DNA of 64,000 nt from Thermomicrobiales bacterium. Lineage in GTDB: Bacteria; Chloroflexota; Chloroflexia; Thermomicrobiales; UBA6265. A program made the translations under genes and the position numbers. How positions within the stretch are numbered: the first letter of the stretch is position 1; every line of letters begins with the position of its first letter. Of this stretch, positions 56,910 to 64,000 are shown one piece after another. The notes below the pieces were generated by a model. The model worked only from the letters and a program-made list of their open reading frames with translations. It made no database searches and was not told the origin of the DNA. The stretch is taken from the NCBI GenBank assembly GCA_049841275.1, contig JASGDN010000036.1, forward strand, positions 10,173-74,172, written 5' to 3'.

Positions 56910-59672
56910 CTATTCCGGCAGCTCCAGCGTCGCTTCGACCAGCCCGGCCCGCAACACCGCGTTGAAGAACGCCTTGTAGGTCGCCCGTGTCTGCGCACGG
57001 AAGTACGGCCGGAAGCCGAACAGGACGATCCGTCCCTGCCCGTACGACACCTCCACCAGCGCACTCTTGCCGGACAGATGCTCCGCGCCGAGGATCCAGC
57101 CCGAAAGGTTCGGGTTCGAGACCGGGTACCGGGCGATGGACCGGGCCTCGCTCCCTGCACCCTCGAAGACCTGGCTGTTCAGGAACAACACCGGTGTCTC
57201 GCGCGGCAGGCCAAACCCAAGCGGGTTCGTCCCATCCATCACGACCTTGAGCAACGATCCGGGGCAGTAGAACGCGTCGTCCTTCAGGTCCGCCAAGGGA
57301 CGCCGCACCGGCAACGCGAAGGCATCAATGATGGCGGGCGTCACATTGTCGATGGCAACCAGTATCCCGCCAGCGTCGACGAACTGCCGCAGCGCATCGA
57401 GTCCGACCTCGCCCAGACCGCCAACGTATTCCGGCGGATACGGATCGTCACCATAGCGCGTGTCCTTTTCCGGCCGCCCGTTGACCAGGTCGTTCGCGGT
57501 CATGTCCGGAATCAGGATGGTATCGAAGCGCGCGCGCAAGCCGCCCTGGCGCACGTCCGGCGTCGAGAGCGAGGTGTAGGGCTGCCCGTAGGCTTCCAGC
57601 ACCCAGCGCGCCCACCCCTCGTCCATGCTGGCCGTCCACGGCTTGTAGACGCCCAGCCGCACCTCCTGCTGCCGCCAGACCGGAATCGCTCCCGGCGTCG
57701 CGATAGCCGCCGCCGTCGACCCCGTATCCGCAACGATGTCCTCGATGGCCTCAATGCGGCCAGGTGCATCCGGGACGAGGATCGTGCCCGCCTCCAGCGA
57801 TGTCCCTCCCTGCTCGCGAACACGATAGACAGGAATCCCGGCAGCCAGCAGGCGCTCCACCGTGGCGATCGCCGCATTCGAGCGGGGGTCGATCGTCCAC
57901 GCTGTCACCGCGCCCTCGATCTCGGTGATCAATCCCGTCGGCTCGACCGGCTCCAGCACCGTCAGTGGCAGGTCCTTCGCCAGCGGGCGATCGACCGGAA
58001 TCGCGCGCACGCCCATCTGGATCGGCAGTGTGTGACCGGCGATATCGTATGGCTTCTTCGGCGGCCCGCCAGGCCATTCACGCAGATCGGGATAGACCTG
58101 GACCTCCAGCAGCGTCTTTGCGAAGGCTGCCGCCGGTTGCTCCAGCCGCACGATGCGCGTCCCGGCCGGATAGGTCACTCCATCCGCCGCAAATGGTGCG
58201 GTTGCCTCTTCGACCTCGACGAGACCGCGTTGGAGGATCTGGATCAACTCGACTACGGCAGCCGGGTCACGCTGCTCGGACGGGATGATGAAGGCATAGG
58301 GCTTCTCGGTCCGGTCGATCTGCCGCTGCGAGAGACTGCGATAATCGCGCAACCACTGCTCGCGGTTGACGGCGAGATGTTCGAGGAAGGCGAACGCCGC
58401 CGCCTTGTCGTATTCGACGATGTCGCGAAGCGTCCACTCGCCGCCCTTCCAGGGCAGCGGATGATTCCAGGTTCGCTGCTTCGGGTCGAAGCCGTGCTCG
58501 TCGCGAAGATCCTTCTCCTCCAGCACGAGCGGTGTGGCCAGCTTGACGCTCGCAGCCTCGCTCAGCAGGTCGACGCTGCCGTGGTAGTTGCCGTAGGCGA
58601 GGGAGGGCGAGTAGTTGTCGAAAATCGCATTCGTCGCGACGCCCGCCATGCCTTTCGCGGTCATGCGCTGCGCGATGTGGGTTCCGAGCGCCGCGAAGCC
58701 CTGCTGGATCACGGGGTCCTGATTCGGATCGAGCGGATCGATGAAGGGCGGCACCATGAAACGCACGCCCTTCCGGCCCATCTGGTGCATGTCGAAGACC
58801 GCCTGCGGATGCTCCCGGTTGTGGAGATCGACGTACAGCTTCGTCTCCGCCTGGGTCAGCATGAACCAGTCGCGGTTGTTATCGTGGCCGGTGTAGGGAT
58901 GGTACAGCCAGGGCATGTCCACGCCCTCGTACTCCGTGCCCAGCCAGCGCTCGTACCACTCGGCAACCATCTGGACGCCATCGGGATTGTGGCTCGGGAC
59001 GATGACCGTGATCGTGTTCTCGAGCACATCCTGAGCCAGCTTGTCGTCGCGGGTCGCCAGATCGTAGGCGAGTTCCAACGACATCACCGCCGCGCCGATC
59101 TCCGTCGAGTGCTGGGTGGCAAGGATGATCCCGACAGACCGGGCCTCGTACACTAGCAGCTCGAACTCCTCCGGCGCCAGTTGGCGTGGATCCCACAACT
59201 GCTGCAGCAATCCCCGGTTTCGCTCCAGCGCGTCCGCCTGGAGCCCGTCGGCCGCCGCCACATAGACAACGATATAGGGCAGACCGCTGGTGGTGGTGCC
59301 CAGTTCCTCCATGTGGACGTTGGGACTGGCCGCATCGAGTTCGCGGAAATAGCGGACGATGTCATGCCAGGTCGGCAGCCATCCGGCCTCACCCATCCGA
59401 TGCCCGAGCACCTGGTCCGGTGACGGCACCGGCTGCACCTCGCGCGCACCACGACGCCGCTTACGCCGCTGAACGGACGAAAGCGCGACCCGCGCCTCGG
59501 TCACCCACGCGTTGTCGAACAGCAGAACGCCCGCCTCCGACACGCGCGTGGCAGGAGGCAGGAGCCCATCGGTAATCCGGGCCTTGATGAGATAGGGGGA
59601 AAGGCCAAGCAATTCCGCCACGGAGGACGTGGTCAGAAACCCTTCGAGTTCGGTCAGCTTTGCACGGGGCAC
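56910..59672 (-). CDS. M14-family zinc metallocarboxypeptidase-like protein with a large C-terminal extension. The N-terminal ~90 aa encode an excisionase/MerR-type HTH in the same frame (start uncertain).
   Basis: HSTEIG (HxxE), SHNPDG, HDNNRDW. The N-terminus contains ..TTSSVAELLGLSPYLIKARITDGLLP... The tracked start is GTG 59672 without an obvious SD. The alternative ATG 59396 would remove the HTH. Confidence 0.8.
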   Translation of the reverse strand: MPRAKLTELEGFLTTSSVAELLGLSPYLIKARITDGLLPPATRVSEAGVLLFDNAWVTEARVALSSVQRRKRRRGAREVQPVPSPDQVLGHRMGEAGWLPTWHDIVRYFRELDAASPNVHMEELGTTTSGLPYIVVYVAAADGLQADALERNRGLLQQLWDPRQLAPEEFELLVYEARSVGIILATQHSTEIGAAVMSLELAYDLATRDDKLAQDVLENTITVIVPSHNPDGVQMVAEWYERWLGTEYEGVDMPWLYHPYTGHDNNRDWFMLTQAETKLYVDLHNREHPQAVFDMHQMGRKGVRFMVPPFIDPLDPNQDPVIQQGFAALGTHIAQRMTAKGMAGVATNAIFDNYSPSLAYGNYHGSVDLLSEAASVKLATPLVLEEKDLRDEHGFDPKQRTWNHPLPWKGGEWTLRDIVEYDKAAAFAFLEHLAVNREQWLRDYRSLSQRQIDRTEKPYAFIIPSEQRDPAAVVELIQILQRGLVEVEEATAPFAADGVTYPAGTRIVRLEQPAAAFAKTLLEVQVYPDLREWPGGPPKKPYDIAGHTLPIQMGVRAIPVDRPLAKDLPLTVLEPVEPTGLITEIEGAVTAWTIDPRSNAAIATVERLLAAGIPVYRVREQGGTSLEAGTILVPDAPGRIEAIEDIVADTGSTAAAIATPGAIPVWRQQEVRLGVYKPWTASMDEGWARWVLEAYGQPYTSLSTPDVRQGGLRARFDTILIPDMTANDLVNGRPEKDTRYGDDPYPPEYVGGLGEVGLDALRQFVDAGGILVAIDNVTPAIIDAFALPVRRPLADLKDDAFYCPGSLLKVVMDGTNPLGFGLPRETPVLFLNSQVFEGAGSEARSIARYPVSNPNLSGWILGAEHLSGKSALVEVSYGQGRIVLFGFRPYFRAQTRATYKAFFNAVLRAGLVEATLELPE

Positions 59673-59940
59673 GAGAAGGCGTCACTTTCACGGAATGCGC
59701 AGGGAAAACATCGAGAACGATCGGCACCTTTCCCGTTCATCTCCAGCCCACCGCTGACATCGAGATATCCAGCGGACCCGGGAGAACGTGAAACGCCCGA
59801 TCGATTCACGGTTGTTTTTCTCGCACATTGTCAAAACCGTCAAGAACGGTCCGCGAATTCCTTCCGGATCACCGTCTTCCCGACAGCGAAGGCGGGATTC
59901 CGTTCAGGTCACGGAATCCCGCATGCCCCGTCCGAGAAGG

Positions 59941-60366
59941 CTAGGCATCCACGGCATTGCGGGAGAGCAGTGCGTGCATGCCGGTGTAGGTGTAGGTGAC
60001 CCCGAACTGATGCTCTACCCAGTCCACCGCATCCCAGACCGTGCGAAACTCGCCCCTGGACGCCTTCTGGACGAGCGACTGGACCTGTTCCGGCTTCAGG
60101 CGGGACGGACGTCCCGGCGCGCCGTGACCCGGTGTCCGCTGGATCACGGCCTCGATACCGCCTACGCGGTACCAGGAGATCCAGCGCTGGATCGTCCGGT
60201 AATCGACCTGGACTTCCTTGCCAACCTCGCCAATCTGATACCCCCGGCGCAAAAGCCAGAATGCCTGGAGCCGCACCTTGCGATGCCCGTTGCGCTCCTG
60301 CTCGTATCGCCGGTAGAGGTCGTCGGCGGATTCCCGCCATTCGATGTTCAACGATCGCCCTGGCAT
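59941..60366 (-). mobile_element. IS630-family transposase remnant (N-terminal HTH half only, DDE domain absent)
   Basis: ..KVRLQAFWLLRRGYQIGEVGKEVQVDYRTIQRWISWYRVGGIEAV..RPSRLKPEQ.. is typical of the IS630/Tc1 N-terminal paired HTH. The ORF stops after 141 aa and no DDE-like ORF follows. Confidence 0.7.
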
Positions 60367-60579
60367 AGTGTTCTCCAGTACAGCACCGCCGGCGCGGCCG
60401 AAGATCTCCCACCAAACCGGTCCGGCGTCGCCATCCCCGACCACTGTGTCGGTCACGCACCGCGTTCGGGAAGCAGCAAGGTCGGGCTGAGGACGCTTCC
60501 CGCAGGCGGCCAGATGTACCGATGCATATTTCGCGCCACGCCGTCACCTATGGACAAACCGGCTCCGTACCAGATCCGG

Positions 60580-61017
60580 TCAGCCGAGGTCACGCGGACC
60601 GAAGGCGTGTGGCAGCAGGCGATCAAGATCGGTCACGATCGCGCCCTCTGATCCGTCCAGGATCACCGCCATAGGGGCATCCTCCGGCTTAAACTCATTG
60701 AGCACCTGCCGGCAGGCGCCGCATGGCGTCGCACCGGGAGAACGCGGTGTACTGATCGCCACCGCCCGGATCGTCCGATGCCCCTGTCCAACCGCCGTGA
60801 AGACCGCATTCCGCTCGCCACAGCAGGTAAGCCCGTAGCTCGCGTTCTCGACGTTCACACCGGCCACGATCGTACCATCATCGGTCAGCACGGCTGCGCC
60901 GACCGGAAATCCCGAATACGGGACATACGCGTGCGGCACCATGCCACGCGCAACATCGAGCAGCTGGTCGATCGGAAGCTCCGCGAATGTCGGCGTCTTC
61001 CGGCCCGGTTCGGTCAT
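60580..61017 (-). CDS. cdd: Cytidine deaminase
   Basis: CGERNA (zinc/catalytic Glu) and PCGACRQ motifs, 145 aa. Confidence 0.92.
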   Translation of the reverse strand: MTEPGRKTPTFAELPIDQLLDVARGMVPHAYVPYSGFPVGAAVLTDDGTIVAGVNVENASYGLTCCGERNAVFTAVGQGHRTIRAVAISTPRSPGATPCGACRQVLNEFKPEDAPMAVILDGSEGAIVTDLDRLLPHAFGPRDLG

Positions 61018-61151
61018 GAATCTCCTCCAGCACCTATCATATGGTCGTAACGCACCATTGACCTGCCGTCACCGATCGGGGTGGCACGGTCGTATCATGG
61101 ATGCCTATCGTGATCCGTTCCCCGCACCCTCCGACGGAGAGGACCGTTCTC

Positions 61152-61889
61152 ATGAGCCAGTATTACGACGAATCGACCGAGGATGCACTCCCCACCCTCG
61201 AATCCGACGAGATGGCAATCGCCGCGGCCGGGTTTCTCGCCGAGGTGCTGGGCCTGGACGATGAGGACGTATCGCTCGCCAGCGATCTCTCCGCCATCAA
61301 GCGCGACGCGAATGCCGCCATCTTCACGATCCAGCTCGAATCGTCGGTCGGGCCGGCCGCATTCCTCGTATACGGCTATATCCTCGACGAACGCGGCGGT
61401 GACGGCCATACCGGCCGTGAACTCTATGAATCCGGCCTCGCCACGCTTCAGCAGGCCGCCGAGCGCGATTCGCCGGGACCGCGCGCCGTTGCGCATGGCG
61501 AGAGCGGTGATCGCGGGTTCATCATCGCGACCACGCCCGGAACCTTCCGCGCCCTGGCAGGAGCCCCCGCCGAACCGGTTGCCGCGCTGGAACCGGACCC
61601 CGCATCCTTCCGCTCGGAAGCCCAGACGAACCGCGTGCGCGCCTCCTCTGCCGACGAGCTCCTCCAGTTGCTCCGCTCGGCGAACGACCAGGCCGCACAG
61701 TGGCTAGGCGCGATCCAGCAGGCAAGCCAGGCAGGCGGCGATGACGACGATATCCTCGCGTTCAACGAGTCGGAAACGGAGCTTGCGCTCTTCCTGCTGG
61801 ACGACCGGAGCATCGGTGACCTGCTGCGGGCGCTGAACCTGCTGGTCTCGACCGCCCAGCAACACGCCGCCGACGGCATCGAAGAGTAA
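61152..61889 (+). CDS. Hypothetical acidic protein
   Basis: 245 aa from ATG 61152 with GGAGAGGA upstream. Coding-like GC3. No family recognised. Confidence 0.5.
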   Translation: MSQYYDESTEDALPTLESDEMAIAAAGFLAEVLGLDDEDVSLASDLSAIKRDANAAIFTIQLESSVGPAAFLVYGYILDERGGDGHTGRELYESGLATLQQAAERDSPGPRAVAHGESGDRGFIIATTPGTFRALAGAPAEPVAALEPDPASFRSEAQTNRVRASSADELLQLLRSANDQAAQWLGAIQQASQAGGDDDDILAFNESETELALFLLDDRSIGDLLRALNLLVSTAQQHAADGIEE

Positions 61890-62169
61890 CCACAGCTGGT
61901 TTCGAAATAGTCGCCACTGTCGGTAGGGGCGATGACCGACCGCGACTGCGAGGATCGCCCCTACGGATTCAGGTCCTGATGTAATGGCGTGTCCTGCCTC
62001 ATTCGACAGGACATGACCCTGCAAGCGTTCTCCCTCCGGACGAGACGGAGGGAGGAGCGCGATCGTGCGTAGGGCACCCCACAGGGGGTGCCGTCAGCGG
62101 CCGACAGCACACGCATGACGCACCACAGCACGAGCAAGCACACCCGACGATTCCTTGAGCCGTCGGGTT

Positions 62170-64000
62170 CTACGCACCAACGTACGCGGCAAGATGCTGC
62201 CCGGTGAGCGTCGAGCGGGCGGCGACAAGGTCCGCCGGCGTCCCCTCGAAGACGACGCGGCCGCCATCGTGTCCGGCGCCGGGACCGAGGTCGACAATCC
62301 AGTCTGCATGCGCCATCACCGCCTGGTGGTGCTCGATCACGATCACCGACTTGCCCGCATCCACCAGCCGGTCCAGCAACCCGAGCAACTGGTCGACATC
62401 GGCCAGGTGCAGACCGGTCGTCGGCTCGTCCAGGACGTAGATCCCGCCCTTGTCTCCCATGTGCGTCGCAAGCTTCAGCCGCTGCCGCTCGCCGCCCGAC
62501 AGCGTCGTGAGCGGCTGGCCCAGGGTGAGGTACCCGAGTCCGACATCGGCCATGCGCGTGAGGATCGCGTGCGCGGCCGGGAGTTTCGCCGGGCCAGCGG
62601 CGAAGAAGGGCAGCGCCTCGTTCACCGGCATCGCAAGGACCTCGGCGATGTCCCTGCCGCCGAGCTTATAGGTGAGCACCTCCGCCTGGAACCGCTTGCC
62701 CTCGCATTCGTCGCAGACGGTCTCGACACCGGCCATCATGCCGAGATCGGTATAGATGACGCCAGCGCCATTGCAGACAGGACAGGCGCCCTCGGAATTC
62801 GCGCTGAAGAGGGCGGGTTTCACGCCGTTGGCCTTCGCGAACGCCTTCCGGATCGGCTCCAGCAATCCTGTGTAGGTGGCGGGGTTGCTCCGCCGCGAAC
62901 CGCGAATCGGCGCTTGATCGACGGAAATCACGCCAGCCGCCTCCGGGATGGATCCATGAATCAGCGAGCTCTTGCCGGACCCGGCCACGCCGGTGACCAC
63001 ACAGAGCACGCCGAGCGGAATGTCGACATCGATGTTCTGGAGGTTGTTCGCATTCGCACCGCGAATCTCCAGCGCCCCCCTGGCGGTCCGCACCACCGGC
63101 TTGAGTGTTGCGCGGTCGTCCAGGTGCCGCCCGGTGATCGTATCGCTGGCACGCAGGCCCTCGACACTGCCCTCGTAACAGATCGTGCCGCCATTCGTCC
63201 CGGCGCCCGGACCGAGGTCGATCGCATGGTCGCCGATGGCGATCATCTCCGGCTTGTGCTCGATCACGAGAACCGTATTGCCCTTGTCCCGCAGCTGCAG
63301 GAGCAGGTCGTTCATACGCTGGATGTCGTGGGGATGAAGGCCGATGGATGGCTCGTCGAACACGTAGGTGACATCGGTCAGGGACGATCCGAGATGGCGG
63401 ATCATCTTCGTACGCTGGGCTTCCCCGCCGGAAAGCGTGCCAGACGGCCGGTCGAGCGAGAGATAGCCGAGGCCGATCTTCACGAACGAATCGAGTGTCT
63501 GCTGCAACGTCTCCAGCAACGGAGCAACGCCGGGATCGTCGATGGTGCGCGTCCAGGCCGCGAGGTCGCTGATCTGCATCGCACAGGCGTCGGCGATGCT
63601 GATTCCCGCGATCTTCGACGAGCGCGCCTCCGGGCCGAGCCGCGTGCCATTGCATTCGGGGCAGATCGTGAGGATCGCAGCGCGTTCCACGAATGCCCGG
63701 ATGTGCGGCTGCAGCGCGTCGATATCCTTGGAGAGGAACGACTTCTGGATGCGCGGGATGAGGCCTTCATAGGTCAGGTTGATGCCGTCGACCTTGATCT
63801 TCGTCGGCTCCCTGTAGAGGAGATCGTGCAGCTCCCGTTTCGAAAAGTCGCGGATCGGCTTGTCCGGATCGAAGAACCCGCATCCGCTAAAGATGCGTCC
63901 GTACCACCCGTCCGCACTGTAGCCGGGGATCGTGAGTGCGCCCTCGTTGAGCGACTTGCTGTCGTCGTAGAGCTGCGTGAGATCGAAATCGGAGACACGC
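62170..64000 (-). CDS. UvrA-family double-ABC ATPase, probable paralog (N-terminus outside the window)
   Basis: The frame stays open to the window edge; translation upstream of the tracked 63690 start continues as ..GLIPRIQKSFLSKDIDALQPHIRAFVERAAILTICPECNGTRL... Signatures LSGGEAQR and LSGGERQR. Zinc module CPVCNGAGV..CDECEGKRF. Confidence 0.9.
   Translation of the reverse strand, partial: RVSDFDLTQLYDDSKSLNEGALTIPGYSADGWYGRIFSGCGFFDPDKPIRDFSKRELHDLLYREPTKIKVDGINLTYEGLIPRIQKSFLSKDIDALQPHIRAFVERAAILTICPECNGTRLGPEARSSKIAGISIADACAMQISDLAAWTRTIDDPGVAPLLETLQQTLDSFVKIGLGYLSLDRPSGTLSGGEAQRTKMIRHLGSSLTDVTYVFDEPSIGLHPHDIQRMNDLLLQLRDKGNTVLVIEHKPEMIAIGDHAIDLGPGAGTNGGTICYEGSVEGLRASDTITGRHLDDRATLKPVVRTARGALEIRGANANNLQNIDVDIPLGVLCVVTGVAGSGKSSLIHGSIPEAAGVISVDQAPIRGSRRSNPATYTGLLEPIRKAFAKANGVKPALFSANSEGACPVCNGAGVIYTDLGMMAGVETVCDECEGKRFQAEVLTYKLGGRDIAEVLAMPVNEALPFFAAGPAKLPAAHAILTRMADVGLGYLTLGQPLTTLSGGERQRLKLATHMGDKGGIYVLDEPTTGLHLADVDQLLGLLDRLVDAGKSVIVIEHHQAVMAHADWIVDLGPGAGHDGGRVVFEGTPADLVAARSTLTGQHLAAYVGA

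Noticed and set aside
54024-59156. Giant 1710-aa +strand ORF.
   Set aside because: It runs off-frame across two well-supported +strand genes (serine hydrolase, bactofilin-like protein). It also runs antisense through the M14 peptidase gene. Its composition is Arg/Pro/Gly-rich with no motifs. This is a typical high-GC shadow ORF.
63774-63998. 74-aa minus-strand ORF listed separately from the uvrA-like gene.
   Set aside because: It is out of frame with the true UvrA-like reading frame, which stays open to the window edge. The Ser/Thr/Arg-rich product has no similarity to UvrA.
1-64000. Search for tRNA, rRNA and CRISPR arrays.
   Set aside because: I spotted no T-arm-like GGTTCGAnnCC flanked by complementary stems, no rRNA-like conserved blocks, and no regularly spaced direct repeats on either strand. 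This was a by-eye scan only; tRNAscan-SE, barrnap and a CRISPR finder should confirm it.

Overview
This is a high-GC bacterial chromosomal segment, roughly 63-66% GC by eye. The Pro/Thr/Ala/Ser-rich linkers after signal peptides suggest Chloroflexota/Thermomicrobia-like or another high-GC lineage, but taxonomy cannot be settled without a search. I saw no rRNA, tRNA or CRISPR array.

Most of the window is core metabolism and housekeeping:
- Two CUT1-type sugar ABC transporter loci (1-3555 and 20549-23810).
- An HpcH-type aldolase plus a D-2-hydroxyacid dehydrogenase.
- A cobalamin-riboswitch-controlled operon on the minus strand (8827-13650).
- rpsP, a KH-domain gene and rimM.
- glpD, a GH4 glycosidase and glpK.
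- DAHP synthase, Fe/Mn SOD, NDH-2, an unusual tandem double malic enzyme, nagB, cdd and a UvrA paralog that runs off the right edge.

The clear accessory region is about 40.6-47.5 kb. It holds a 526-bp GIY-YIG mini-element bounded by 61-nt inverted repeats. Next to it is a tightly coupled five-gene minus-strand operon (41302-47474):
- a tail-anchored membrane protein;
- a DUF2357-like PD-(D/E)xK nuclease;
- a protein made of two copies of an unassigned ~150-aa domain;
- an 859-aa McrB-like AAA+ protein whose N-terminus carries a third copy of that domain plus a PUA/EVE-like module;
- a small acidic protein.

I rate this operon the best candidate for an undescribed variant of a GTPase-dependent (McrBC-like) defence system.

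Many long ORFs in the six-frame track, up to 1710 aa, are antisense or off-frame shadows typical of high-GC DNA and were rejected. All coordinates and mismatch counts were worked out by hand from the printed sequence. All family assignments are from motif recognition, not database searches.
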